The notes under the pieces were generated by a model that had not been told where the DNA came from, did no database searches, and worked only from the letters and a program-made list of their open reading frames with translations. This document shows positions 1 through 11,981 of a stretch of DNA of 27,588 nt, one piece after another. Every line of letters begins with the position of its first letter. Position 1 is the stretch's first letter. The position numbers and the translations under genes are program-made. Origin of the DNA: Chiloscyllium plagiosum (Eukaryota); the NCBI RefSeq assembly GCF_004010195.1, contig NC_057718.1:85884283-85911870 (forward strand), in the 5' to 3' direction.

Positions 1-30
1 GCTGTACATCTCTATGACTCTATGACTCTC
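1..30 (+). mobile_element. 3' tail of a CR1/HER1-type LINE
   Basis: gctgtacatctctatgactctatgactct matches the (ctatgact)n tail seen inverted at 20236-20260. Confidence 0.7.
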
Positions 31-35
31 TGTGC

Positions 36-600
36 CACATTGTCCCACATCTCCTTCTGGAATGTGCCTTTGCAAAGGAAGTCTGGAGAAAGATGCAGTG
101 GTTTTTGTAGAGGTTCATCCTGAGCAGCTCCATGACGCAGGACTCTGCTCAACAGTCTGTTCTCCGGGACGCACACTGAGACAAACATTGATTGTGTCTG
201 CAGGATCATCAATTCAGTGAAAGATGGTTTTCAGTCTGCCCAAAACGTGTTGGTCTTCCAGAGCAAGGCGTTGACTTCGACTGAGTATAGCAGACTGACA
301 CATTCCAATGTCCAGGACTGCATGCTGAAGGATGCATTAAAGCTTGGAGCATCTGCCACCAAGGTACAGTGAGGCAAGACCACCAATTAAGGTCTTTCTG
401 CCAAAGTATAATGGGGAGATGTCCAGTTATTGGACCCTCCCAGTGCCTCAAATGTATGTAAATAGTGTCTTATACAAGTTAGAGAAGTCTTGGGCATGTT
501 TGTTCTCCATATAAAAGACTGCAAACAGAATGAACTGTTCTTGTGACTGTATGTATATAAAGACCTTTTATGAATAAAGCATGTTATTGAAATTTTCAAA
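36..600 (+). mobile_element. Tx1/L1-clade LINE 3' fragment (decayed ORF2 C-terminus plus 3'UTR)
   Basis: Manual translation gives IVPHLLLECAFAKEVWRKMQWFL*RFI...RIINSVKD...LKDALKLGASA, the HLLLEC..A..VW zf-RVT-type motif, with stops and a frameshift. AATAAA at about 573. Confidence 0.8.
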
Positions 601-959
601 GATGTATTTTTATCTTCATTTGGAGGACCTACATTATTGTTTCATCATTCCTTGTCACTTGATTGTTCTGCTTACTTTAAGGAGAAGAATCTAAAATCCT
701 TGTTGGCTAAAAATATTCAAGGCATTTTGTCATGTTGTCCTTAGCTATAAACTACAGCCATTTCCTCATCACAGATATTGGGTTAACTGGTAACAATTTC
801 CACACCAAAAGACGGGAGAACAAGATCGAGGCTGATTTTCCAGAGCAGCGCTGAGCGAGTATGGAACTGTCAAAGTCCTGTCTGTCCTCTCCGCTGGATC
901 TAAACAATCCCATGACTGCATTGTGAACAACAGACAGGCTTTGGAGTCAACCAACAATT

Positions 960-1110
960 AAAGCAGATGATCAAGTCATGATAACATTGCTGTATGTAGG
1001 ACTGTGCTGTACACAGACTGACTGCTATGTTTCCTAGATTGTAGCAGTACTATTGTACTTCATTCCTGCAAAACAATTTTAAATGACCACAGGATGTAAA
1101 TGGTGCATGT
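960..1110 (+). mobile_element. Old DeuSINE-like (SacSINE1/AmnSINE1-type) 3' fragment
   Basis: gcagatgatcaagtcatgataacattgctgtatgtagg...ctgctatgtttcctagatt...gtacttcatt resembles the Deu domain and tail as recalled. Confidence 0.55.
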
Positions 1111-3062
1111 GAAGAGACAAAAAAAAGTGGTAATAATTTCTATTGTTGTTAAACCCAAACATGAGACATTATAAAGTAAAGGTTTTCCATGTTTAGTACA
1201 GGAAAGAATTGAACATCATCTCAGAGGAGAAACATTGCATGGAATTGAAAACTAAGGTAATGTCAGAAAGAACATTCTCCAATGTGCTGAATTACCAGCT
1301 GAATTTATGCAATGCTCTTCAATTGACTGAATGTAGCATCAGCAGAAGGTTTAGCTGCTCTGTTGTGACTAGATTAAAGGTCTTTCTTGTTTGTGTGACC
1401 ACAAGAAATCCTTCCCTGTTTGCTCTTGTTCTCCTAGTGTTCTTGGGAAATATAGCTCTTATACTTGAGAGGACTCCTGCGTCATAGGTCATAGTTCATC
1501 ACTGACGCTTCCCTTAAGTTGTCTTCGTGAGGAGGCAAGGGATCAGCCCTGAATGGCTTCTTTAGAAATTCCCCTTTCACTGAATAAGATCTGGGCTAAT
1601 ATGGCAAAGGGGGGTGGGGGTGAGGGGTGTGCGCACGGAAAGAATTGAGTGCATGTTACTGACTGGTACAGTCATAGAAGAACACAGGGATCTACCACCT
1701 CAGGATTATAATAGCACTGTACATTACGGCCATTTAACTCATCCCAAATAACCACCATCTCAGCTAAGCTCTAATTTAGACAAAGATGTACCAAACCTAA
1801 TACTTATTGGATCGACTGACTTTGAATGTATCAGGGATTGCATTAATTTGTAATGTGTGTTTAATCATGAAAGATTGCTGAAGGGTGAATTTGCACCATC
1901 GAAGAAATAATGGGAAGTATCACCATTCAACAGCAGTGAGTACTGACATCCAGAGGTTCCCGAAATCTATCCTCAAGTTTAGGCTACAAAGAGAGATAAA
2001 GCATTGGAAAGACTGCAAAGTGTAGAGATTCACTTCTTCAAAAGACTTGCACATGGACTTCAAATGTTCAATGAAAATGTCTTTCCAGTTTGGTGATTAA
2101 ACTGCAAGATTTGCAGTCAAAGTTATTGTTCAATAAAGTACTAGTTCCGAAAGGGTTAGTGTTGTAGACTGCATTAAGTTCCATCCAATCAGATGATATC
2201 TGAAAGGCTTGTGGGCAATAAGGTAGAACACTTTAGGATCTTATGGATTACTGACATATATCCACAGGCCGCCTCATAGCCTTAGTAACAATATTGATCT
2301 TACTAATGTAACTGTTTTCCATCATGAGACAAAATGATATCTCATTAAGACAGGAGTGTTTCCTTGTTCAGACTCACTGGTGTTTGTTCCTTTACCAATG
2401 TTGGTCTAAAGGTTTATTTGGTTCGACGAGGGAAGGAGATAGTATCATAAATACATTGCTTGATACTGCAAGGTATTCTGGATGAAAAGACACCAAAAAG
2501 AGAGCTTCAATATTGATTGTTGCTGTTCTTGACAGTATGTCTGGGAACCTAACTGAGGATAAAGAATAATTTGGGTTGACATGCAAAAGTAGAATGTCAT
2601 TCTCAATGTTCAGTATTCATCCATCGATGCATTGTTCCAAGGACTCTAGAGTCAGATGTCACTGCAGTTGTTTTCTTGAACTGACAGAACTGGGCCTGAG
2701 AGTAACCTGGGTTCAGAAGCAATCCCTGAGTATGGCTTCTAGTTCAGAATCTCTGTAACATGAGGCTCATTCTCCTCCAATATGACAGAAAAAGGACTGT
2801 CTTCAAGCTGGTAGAACTCTTGGAATTTCTTCATAAAATATCACCTAATTGCCTTGGGACAAAGCTTCAGTAAAAATGGTCTGGAAGATCTTCACAAAAT
2901 GTCCAAATTTCTTCATATGGAAGGTCATGTTTCTGGAGGGGCTGAGGTAATGCTCACAAAATGAGACGTAAATATTATCTTGACAAAGTGTGTATTGCAG
3001 TCAGGTTGGAACATCTAGTTGCCATTGTAGAAGACCAGGTTAGACACAAGCTTGCCAACATG

Positions 3063-3167
3063 ATAAAGATTTGTTCAGATTCTGTAAGATATAAATAAGT
3101 TTGTCAATAACATTACTGTTGAAGGTAAACGTTGCTTCAAAATAGTCTTTAACTGAAAGTACGTGAC
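3063..3167. repeat. 105-bp direct repeat, copy 1 (native protease position)
   Basis: Matches 3749-3853 with 4 substitutions and no indels. Confidence 0.95.
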
Positions 3168-3748
3168 CTCCCAGAACCTGAATCTTGGCTATTGCTTGTT
3201 GAAGGTATACAATATGAAACTGTTCTAAATTATCAGTTGGCAAAGTAATTGTTGTGCCTGAATGAAGACAATATCTTGGTGTCAAACATCTTGGTTTTCA
3301 AGATTACTGATCAATAATCTTAGATCATAATATTCTGTTCTGGGTCAACACTATCCAATAAGAATGTATATGATCGCCATATTGTCTTGTTAATTTACTC
3401 CATTTTCTGGAATCTCCTTCATTCTTGAGGTGAACAGTTTGACTTACTTTTGCAAAACGCTTTGAAAATTACAAAATCTGCTGCAGTGAAGGCCTTGACC
3501 ACCCCCTGCTGGTCAATCCTGTCCCATGTTTTGCCTTCTCACACCGAAATGCCAATACCACAGAATGGCAGGTCCCATCTTTTCCTCTTATTCACTGGGT
3601 AGACGGACAGCTTTGGGCCTAATCAACTGACATGTTCAGGCCAAGCTTCTGAGTTGCGCCCAATCACCCCATATGTTTGGGCCTTGCACTCAGCTTGCCT
3701 GGTACACTGGGCCACCCTGATCTGGCATCAAGCCTTGTCCGGTATACA

Positions 3749-3853
3749 ATAAAGATTTGTTCAGATTCTGTAAGATATAAATAAGTTTGTCGATAACATT
3801 ACTGTCGAAGGTAAACGTTGCTTCAAAATAGCCTTTAACTGAAAGTACATGAC
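3749..3853. repeat. 105-bp direct repeat, copy 2 (inside gag region)
   Basis: Matches 3063-3167 with 4 substitutions. Confidence 0.95.
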
Positions 3854-4025
3854 AGTCGAGAATCCTGATGAGCTGATTCATCAGAACCGCATCGTTGCTT
3901 GAGTTGGCTCCACCACATACAGCCACTTTGAAGAATAACTTTGCCTCACTTTGGGTACATCTTCAATAATGTCACCTCACTTCCAGTAAGTTTTCAAGTT
4001 GCTGTTCAAGAAAGACTCTTTCTTT

Positions 4026-4185
4026 GTGGTTCCTCAATCTTATCTCATGGTTACTCAATGTTGCAGTGGTTCCTTAACCTTGACTCATGGCTACTCAATG
4101 TTGCAGTGGTTCCTTAACCTTGCCTCATGGCTACTCAATGTTGCAGTGGTTGCTCAACCTTGATTCATGACTACTCCATGTTGCA
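4026..4185. repeat. Minisatellite, 4 x 40 bp
   Basis: Unit gtggttccttaaccttgactcatggctactcaatgttgca starting at 4026, 4066, 4106 and 4146, head to tail with no spacers. Confidence 0.95.
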
Positions 4186-4734
4186 ATGTGGCTTTTCATA
4201 TTCCACTGAGAAAAACATCACCATCAACTTGAGAACAGTGTCTCCACCTCTGCTACAATGTTTCAGTGTAGGCTGTTTGGCTCTCCATACAAGTTTGGAC
4301 CTGACCTGTTGGCTTCGTTTAAACAAAGATTATTAGCAACATGCCCATGGTGGTGAGGCTGCAGGACCTGATGCTGTAACAGGTTGTACCAAGTTCCAAC
4401 CTTCCAGCAGAGTCCTATCACATGACCATTGAGATCAAAGTTACATCACGTCTTACCCCAGAGGCTCATTTATATATTCATCAAACCTTATTTCTACAGG
4501 TTGCGCATTATAATAAGCAGGCAGTAGGAGGTTTGAGTGCGACTTCATTACTTTGCTTGGGTTAATCACATCCCTTTTTCAGATGCAGTTAATTTTATTT
4601 TGCCCTTGAACACACAGTCCAAGTCAGGAGTGAACAATTAATTTTTCCGGCCTGAAAAGTCTTTTATTAATCTAAATTAAAAGAAAATCTATTGAGAAGA
4701 GCAAAATGTAAGGTCAGCGTTGCATAGTGTCATT

Positions 4735-5060
4735 TAAGACATAAAAAGAGATAATTTGACCCATCTACAACATTTCGGCTCCTTATGCAGAAATCCACTC
4801 AGTTTCACTCACTCAAGTAGCTCCTGTGACCTTGCAAGTTTATTTCCTTCAAGTGCATATCATTTATTTTGGAAATCATTCATTGTTACTACCTCCACAA
4901 CTCTTATGGACAACAAATTCCAAATCAGTGTCAAAATAATTCTTCTTCACACCTTTCCTACCCTTCCCCAGGCATGTCTTACCCAAAACCTTAAATCTGT
5001 GTCCCCTCATCCTTGCACAATAAGGTAATGTCATAATCTTGCACATCACTATCAAATCTC
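4735..5060 (-). mobile_element. Old CR1 LINE 3' fragment
   Basis: Minus translation MRGHRFKVLGK, cf. CR1 TRGHxFKxRG in the younger copies of this window. Confidence 0.6.
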
Positions 5061-5084
5061 TTGCTCCCACCCCCAAAGTGTTAA

Positions 5085-5990
5085 TTTGTTTTGAATTATT
5101 ATCACCGCATGTACCTAAGTGCAGTGAAATATTTAGTTTTGCACGCAGTACAGGCAGATCATACCATTCAAGGTCATAGGGTGATAGAACAAGGAGTACA
5201 ATGTTATGGATGCAAAGAGGGTGCATAAGAAGCAAGATCAACATTAGATTTGAAATCTGAGAGGTCTGTCCAGAAGTCTAGTAACAGCGGAGAATAAGTT
5301 ATTCTAGAAACTGTTGTACATTTGTTTAAGCTTGTGTATCTTCTGCCTGACAGAAGAGGTTGGAAGAGAGGGGTCTTTGACTATATTTTCTGCCTTTCCA
5401 AAGCAGTGGGAAGTGTAGTTGGAGTCAACGGATAGAAGGTTGGTTTGCATGATGGACTGGGCTGTGTTCACAACTTTCTGTAGTTTCTTATGGTCCTGGG
5501 CAGAGCAGTTCCCATACTAAGCCATGCTGACAGGTTGAAATTGAAGGGCAGAAAAGAGAGAGAGAGAGAGAGTTTTCACACAGCTCCCTGTTAAACTTCC
5601 AACCAGTTCAAGACTGAACTAAAACTGCTCAGCTCAGCTAGAGAGCTGACCGCTCCCCTTTCATTATACAGGTCGCTTCTAACACATGATCACTTTGGCC
5701 TGAAGTCTCATGTGTTTGCATAAAAACAAAAAGCCTCTCAAAATCCTTTTCATCTCTGTATCAAAGAAAACTGATCCAGAGCCCGATGATAGAATACTTT
5801 CCATGGTGCATCTGTAAATGTTGGTGAAAGTCCTCATGGACATGGTGAATTTCCTTAGTCTCTGAGGAAGAAGAAGCATCATTGTGCCTTCTTGACAGTC
5901 ACATCAACGTGGGTGGACCAGGATGGATTGTTGGTGATTGTCACTCCTAGGAACTTGACTCTCTCAATCATCTCCACCTCAGCTCCATTG
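5085..5990 (-). mobile_element. Rex1/Babar-type LINE 3' fragment, interrupted at 5523-5785
   Basis: Minus translation RLRKFTMSMRTFTNIYRCTMESILS matches the Rex1 RT C-terminal motif (L.NFYRCTIESIL.GCITAWYG). The AWYG-equivalent sequence resumes on the other side of the insertion. Confidence 0.8.
5523..5785 (-). repeat. Inverted internal copy of part of the neighbouring solo LTR
   Basis: Reverse complement of 6355-6620, roughly 85-90% identical by eye, including the (GA)n tract. Lacks LTR termini. Confidence 0.92.
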
Positions 5991-5994
5991 AGTA

Positions 5995-7320
5995 AAATCC
6001 TGTTTACTCTAAAGTACACACCTAGCCTTTTGAGTCAACCTTGTAGCTGAAATTCTCTGGAATCAGTTTGGTAAATCTCTCTGCATTCTGTCAAGAATCC
6101 TCACACCCTCATAGATATGCAGTGACCAGAACTGGCCACAATTCTCTATAAAGCTTTCGTCAGGCTACAACTAAAGGTTTTGCATAACTTCCCTACTTCT
6201 GTACTCAATGTCTCTATTTGTGAAGCCCCAAGATTCCTCATGCATTGTTAACCACACTCTGTCACAAAGATAGTCCCTTTTCTTCCTAAAAGCTGTTCCT
6301 TGGCTCAAGCAGACTCTGCCCTTCATTTGTTTTCAGCGGGGTAATAAATCAGGCCGGGCTCTGATCAGTTTGGTTTGATACAGAGATGAAAAGGATTTTG
6401 AGAGGCCTTTTGTTTATATGTAAACAGATGAGACTTCAGGCCAAAGTGATCATGTTTTAGAAGTGACCGGTATAAAGGAGTGGTCATCTTTCTAGCTGAG
6501 CTGAGCTGAGTTGAGCAGTTTTAGTTCAGTCTTGAACTGATTGGAAGTTTCACAGGGAGCTGTGTGGAAACTCTCTCTCTCTCTCTCTTTTCTGCCCTTC
6601 AACTTCAACCTGTCAGCATGTGTTCCATTTACACTGTTTTTAAAGGGAGTTTGCTTATTGAGACTGTTGTGTATATTCGGAACAGCATAATTAAGTCTAG
6701 TGTGATAGGTTGGGTTCTGTAGGGTTCTTTATTCTATTCTTTGTATTTCATTGTGTAATTTTGTCAATACGTTTTTGTCTGTTTTAAAATCTAGTAATCA
6801 ACCTCGCTAACTTAATCCAAGTATTTTTCACTGTACACTTACCAGAACAAATTGCAAAGTTATGGTCTGAGCCGCCTGCTTAAGAATGTTTTGAGTGGTC
6901 TGGCCTAGTCCATAACAACTCTCAATGTGTCTTGCTCCCTTTAAAGAATTGTGTACATGCATCCCTGAGATTTATTTGCTCCTTTGTGAGAATGGTACCA
7001 TTACATCACTCTAGCCTCTTCCCATTCCTCTGTCAGAACGTATCACATCATATTTCTCAGTATTAAATTCCATTTTCCCCATTCTGTCATTACATCTATG
7101 ACTTGTTGCAGACAATCCTTTGACGTCATTCCCATTTTTTTGCCATTCCCACAAGTCTAGTATTGGCAGAAAATTTTTAAACTTTACTCAACATTTCTAA
7201 ATCCAAGCAATTTATATATGACAGAAAAATACGGTACTCGTAGTGTTGACTTGTGTGATGTATAACTACCTACTGCCCTCCAGTCTGAAAAGCAATCATC
7301 TACCATGATGCCCTGAGTTT
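5995..7320 (-). mobile_element. Old CR1 LINE fragment, split by the solo LTR
   Basis: gtgaccagaactggccacaattctc...ataacttccctacttctgtactcaatg parallels the CR1 at 20755-20845 and continues after 6918. Confidence 0.65.
6260..6917 (+). mobile_element. Solo LTR (Gypsy-type), 658 bp
   Basis: Starts TGTCAC and ends ATAACA, flanked by exact 4-bp TSD ACTC (6256-6259 and 6918-6921). TATAAA at about 6471. Strand is inferred. Confidence 0.85.
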
Positions 7321-7504
7321 AATCTAATCTCATCTAGTCAATTCCTTTCTCAAATTGATGAGAATTGAGGAGGATGCAGCCATCCTCATAAATCTACCTT
7401 TTATAAATCTGTCCAGGCTCTCCTGAACTAAGTCAAACCTTTCCAAGTGTCTGTTAATTATTTTCCCCCTAATTAAGAATTTCAAAACCTTACTCCCCAC
7501 TTGT

Positions 7505-7725
7505 GGGCGGCATGGTGGCACAGTGGTTAGCACTGCTGCCTCACAGTGCCTGAGACCCGGGTTCAATTCCCGCCTCAGGCGACCCAATGTGTGGAGTTTG
7601 CACGTTCTCCCCGTGTCTGCGTGGGTGGTAAATGTAGGGGTATGGGTGGGTTGCGCTTCGGCGGGTCGGTGTGGACTTGTTGGGCCGAAGGGCCTGTTTC
7701 CACACTGTAATGTAATCTAATCTAA
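7505..7725 (+). mobile_element. HE1-type tRNA-derived SINE, internally deleted
   Basis: Box A (tggcacagtgg), box B (ggttcaattcc), tail gggccgaagggcctgtttccacactgt(aatct)n. Lacks the central part present in the 24185 copy. Confidence 0.9.
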
Positions 7726-8870
7726 AAGTAAATGAACTGGTTTACGTGCTGGGACAGTCATTCTACCTCTTCTTAAATAAAGATGTCTCATTTGCCAATC
7801 TTCAATCCGCTGGCTCTTCACCCAAATCGAAAGAAACTTGAAAAACTAAAGCAAGCTTGAAAAGCCTTCTCATTATCTCCACACCAATTTCTTTTGCTGA
7901 CCTGGGTGTAAGTGATTTGGAACGACCATCATGATCAAAGTTCCCAGAAGCTCCTTCCTCTAAATTTTCAAACTGAACATTTCCTGCTCTCTCTCTGGTT
8001 CTCCTGATACTTTGCCACATACCTATTTCTTAAAAAAAAACACGCACACAATGAACTCATTAACTATGCCCTACACCGTTATGCACACACCGTCCCCATT
8101 ATCCTTAATCTGACCTATTCCACTTCTTCCTCCTTCTTTTATCATGTAATTTTGATAGCACAGTGGGAATTTGGGCACTTTCCAGTCTGGGTCAAGGAGA
8201 AGGCAAAGTAAGGTCTGTCCTCAGGCTTGGGCTTCAAAGTGACATATGTATTATACATTAAGACTAAATACTGATTACACAATAATCATAGATATACTAG
8301 AACCTGGCTTCCAGTTACATTTGGTAAGGATTCATCCATCCCTATTGAGTGTTCATGTCCATATTGTAGTCTGGTCTGGTGCAGAGTTCTTTCCAATGCA
8401 TTCTGAATCCACAATACACTGTGGTATTTATACTCAGTGAGGTGCAACTCCTTGACATCATTACCATGTTTCTCTCATGTCCTCAGGACCTCACACAACA
8501 ATACCTGTTCACAGTTTACATGCCGGTTGAGGCTTTTGGCTTCGTTTTACATTGATCAACACTGTATTCTTGAACTCCTCCAGATTTCTTTTCCTCTTCA
8601 CCTCCTCTCTCAACCTATCAGTTTTTATATTCTTGTCTTTAACGTTGAAGCTTTTGACAGCCATACATTTGGGTGCTGCACGTTCGGAGACAGAAGGTGG
8701 GAGGAAAAGAAAACAAGGCAGAAGGCTACATTTCATGAAGAACGCATATGTACAGTACAGCATTCTGACAATCCTGATGAAACAGCGTTTGGAAAAGACA
8801 ATGTGCCGATGTTTGAGGAATGCCATACTGTGTCAGAGAATTAACTAAACCAATTACTTGGCAAATTCCA

Positions 8871-9278
8871 ACGAGGAAAGGCTGAGGCACTTGGGGTTGT
8901 TTTCATTGGAAAAAGAAGGTTTAGGGGTGACTTGATAGAGGTGTACAAGATGATTAGGGGTTTAGATAGAGTTGACCGTGAGAACCTTTTTCCACGTATG
9001 GAGTCAGCTATTACGAGGGGGCATAGCTTTAAATTAAGGGGTGGTAGGTATAGGACAGATGTTAGGGGTAGGTTCTTTACTCAGCGAGTCGTGAGTTCAT
9101 GGAATGCCCTGCCAGTAGCAGTGGTGGACTCTCCCTTTTTATGGGCATTTAAGCGGGCATTGGATAGGCATATGGAGGATAGTGGGCTAGTGTAGGTTAG
9201 GTGGGCTTGGATCGGCGCAACATCGAGGGCTAAAGGGCCTGTACTGCACTGTATTCTTCTATGTTCTGTGTTCTATGT
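8871..9278 (+). mobile_element. Young CR1/HER1 LINE 3' end
   Basis: Open frame LIEVYKMIRGLDRVDRENLFP...TRGHSFKLRGGRYRTDVRGRFFTQRVVSSWNALP, then 3'UTR and (ttctatg)n tail. Confidence 0.93.
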
Positions 9279-9999
9279 GTCTCCAGCAGAGTGTGTAATT
9301 AATATATATATTGGACAAAATTCTTTGGATGACATCAGGTATTAATAGTGGTGAGAAAAAAAGTCAAAATTAAATTAGGTCCTGCTTTATTATGTTTTAT
9401 GATTTTATTTTAATTATAATTTTGTCAGTAAAGTCCTCTTTAAAATAAGTTTAACTTAAAATAGGGAGAATTGTCACAATCTTTTCAGGTGTTGGTTCTC
9501 ATGGTTAATAAAATGGCTTTTAATAATACTTTCTGAATAATGGATCACCTCAGCTCTTGCAAAAACAATAATAGTTGCTACACAAAACCTTTTCCTTAAA
9601 GTAAGGCATTTTCTAGCACCATGATACGGCTATACCATTCATACTGGTATATTTAGAGCATTTGATTTTTTTTGGTTAAAACGGTGATTTGAAACCACAA
9701 AGTGCAGTTAATGATCATCCTTTATTCCCACGACAAAATCATAGCACTTACCTTTCTTGATTTAATGTTGTTTTTGGCTTTTCTCATGCCAATGAAATTC
9801 ACCTGGAAAAGGTTGGGATTTGCAAGTAAAGAACTGCAAGTTGCAAGCCATTGGTTTAGATGGACACTTCCAGGGCAATACTGAGGGAAAGCTGCACAGT
9901 CTGAAGTCTGTCTTTCACAGGAAACATTAAAGAGAGGTTTTGTCTGCCTTTTGCATTAATGTACGAAATTCCATGGTCTAACTTTAAATAAGAAACTGC

Positions 10000-10610
10000 A
10001 TTTATGCAGACCATTGAGTATAGGAGTTGAGATATCATGTTGAGGATGCACAGGACGTTGGTGAGGCCACTTTTGGAGTTCTTCATTCAGTTCTGCTCAC
10101 CCTTTTTTAGGAAGGATATTATTAAATTAGAAAGGGTTCTGAAAATACACACCTTGTTATTGCTGGGACTGGAGGGTTTCAGTTATACCGAGAGGCTAGA
10201 TAAGTTGGGACTTTTTTCACTGGAGCGCAGGAGGTTGAGCTACAGAGGTTTATAAAGTAATGAGGGGCATAGATAAGGTGAATAACAAAAGCCTGTTCCC
10301 AAGGGTTCAGGAGTTCAAAACAAGGGAGCATATTTTTAAGGCCAGTGGAGATAAATTTAAAAGGGACCTGAGGGGCAACTTTTTTCACACAAAGGGTGGT
10401 TCATGTGTGGAACAATTTGCCAGAGTAGGTAGTAGATGCAGGTCAAGTTGCAACATTGAAAAGACACTTGGGCAGGTACATGAATAGGAAAGGTTAAGAG
10501 GAATATGGGTCAAACATGGGCAAATGGGATTGACTTAGATTGGCAGGAAACCTGGTTGGCATGGACGAATTGGACTGAAGGGTCTGTTTCTGCGCTGTGT
10601 AACTGTATGA
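10000..10610 (+). mobile_element. CR1/HER1 LINE 3' fragment
   Basis: RTLVRPLLEFFIQFCSP...LGLFSLERRRL and MRGIDKVNNKSLFP...DLRGNFF, frameshifted, with tail gaagggtctgtttctgcgctgt. Confidence 0.9.
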
Positions 10611-11014
10611 GAACTGCAGAAGCACTGCAAAGCACTGACTAAGTTAGCCAGCATCTGTAAAAATGCTCACAGAATTAAAGGTGTGGACATTAACAAGGGA
10701 TTACACATCGGAGTGTGCATGGAGTTTGGATGGGCATCCAGAAGTGTGGAATTCCCTGCGTGCTAGGTTAGGTCCAGTCTATAATCCTGGAGGAGCTTCT
10801 GATCCCAGAATTTAAAATCCCATGAGGTTTTGTCCACAATCCTCGGGGGGAATGATCAGTCCTCAGTAGATTTTGCCCAACTGAAGGGGCAGTTTAAGAG
10901 TTTCCATGGAGAAATAGTCTGTTCCTCTTGACCCACAAGCAGTGCTTGAAAATCTCGGTTGGCCACTATTAAACTTACCGGGCAATTTAAATCAGAGGCA
11001 CAGGAGAAGTCACT

Positions 11015-11100
11015 AGGACTGATGATCTGCTCATTATCATTTTGTTATTTATCTGGAACTCTGAGAAGGTGAAAGCTGCTATATAAATGGACATTCGTTC
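11015..11100 (+). mobile_element. Short DeuSINE-like remnant
   Basis: gatgatctgctcattatcattttgttattt...gtgaaagctgctatataaatg resembles the L2-derived SINE tail. Confidence 0.4.
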
Positions 11101-11579
11101 CCTTTAAACCTAGAATGAGAAAAATTGTACCATTTTAATGACTCATGGGTTAAATTCCTTCTTGGATGACTGGTTCTTAATCAGACAATGGCCTCATTAC
11201 ATGTTTGCATTGCCACAAATACAATGCATCAATTATTTTTAAATTTTCTGGCTGAGCTGTTTGGAACAAAGCCACAAATTTTGTCTTTGGTCTGAATTTT
11301 CCTCTGCGCTATTTCAGCCCTCATCAATCAGATTGAGGTCAAGCATTCGATTTTCTCTTTGAAATTGCAATCTCTGGTTTCCTGTGACCTTTATAAACTT
11401 ATATTAAAATACATAACATAATTAGTGTTTGCCAATACACAGTGAGTCCTTTTCATAACTCACTGCAGGAGACATCTGAGACCTGAGCTGCATTGAGCAT
11501 TCTCCAGAGAGGATGCCCTGTTGACTGTCATTAACTCTGCAGGATCATCAGTGCTACATTGAAAGCTACAGTGTGTCAC

Positions 11580-11700
11580 GAGGTATTAGAAGAGAGGAAC
11601 AGCAGTGGGCCATTCAACCCATCATGTCTGTTCAATCATCAATCAGATCAAGGCTGATCTGTTGCTCAACATCATGTACCTGCTATTGTTCCACACATCT
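11580..11700 (-). mobile_element. CR1 3'UTR remnant
   Basis: ggaacagcagtgggccattcaaccc...caatcagatcaaggctgatct resembles a shark CR1 3' end in reverse. Confidence 0.5.
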
Positions 11701-11726
11701 TCATGGATGACGCTATCAATCCTGCA

Positions 11727-11932
11727 CAACAACAACAACAACCAGAGTGTGCATTTTTATAGCTCCTTTCATTTACTAAAATGAGTTAGAGTGCTTCATG
11801 GGAGCATCATCAAGCAAAATTCAACCTTGAGACATGAAGGGGGATATTAGACAACTAAATATCTCATCGAAGAGCTGGATTTTAAGGAGCATTTTGGAGG
11901 AAAGAGGTTGAGAGGTTTAAGAAGGGAATTCT
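11727..11932 (-). mobile_element. L2 LINE 3' end
   Basis: (aac)n tail followed by tgcatttttatagctcctt...gtgcttcatgggagc...ggattttaaggagc...gagaggtttaagaagggaattc. Confidence 0.6.
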
Positions 11933-11981
11933 TTGGGGTGTGGGGTCGGGTGGGTAAGGGTAAGATGATTGGAATGAGACT

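Larger units (their letters stand above)
1650..4500 (-). mobile_element. Heavily decayed Gypsy LTR retrotransposon (gag, protease, RT, RNase H, integrase remnants)
   Basis: Minus-strand remnants in the expected order: gag with degenerate zinc knuckles (about 3450-3560), protease-like LSVKDYFEATFTFNSNVIDKLIYILQNLNKSL (3060-3170), RT-like THFVKIIFTSHFVSITSAPPE (about 2930-2990, cf. TPFGRY.FNRLPFGITSAPE), RNase H-like (about 2640-2710) and integrase-proximal LNIENDILL...PDILSR (about 2525-2615). Possible TG..CA LTR at 4375-4498. Ends uncertain. Confidence 0.7.

Noticed and set aside
775..858. Plus-strand coding exon
   Set aside because: Weak donor and stop codons in all three frames.
1654..1760. 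3' LTR matching 4375-4498
   Set aside because: Position is plausible but I see no convincing similarity between the two segments and no TSD.
3063..3853. Direct repeats as LTRs of a mini-retrotransposon
   Set aside because: No TG..CA ends or TSD, and the repeat is protease-coding sequence.
4026..4185. CRISPR-like array
   Set aside because: Units abut with no unique spacers, there are no cas genes, and the context is eukaryotic.
7505..7575. tRNA genes here and at 22080, 24185 and 26208
   Set aside because: Box A and B motifs run into SINE bodies and tails, with no complete cloverleaf.
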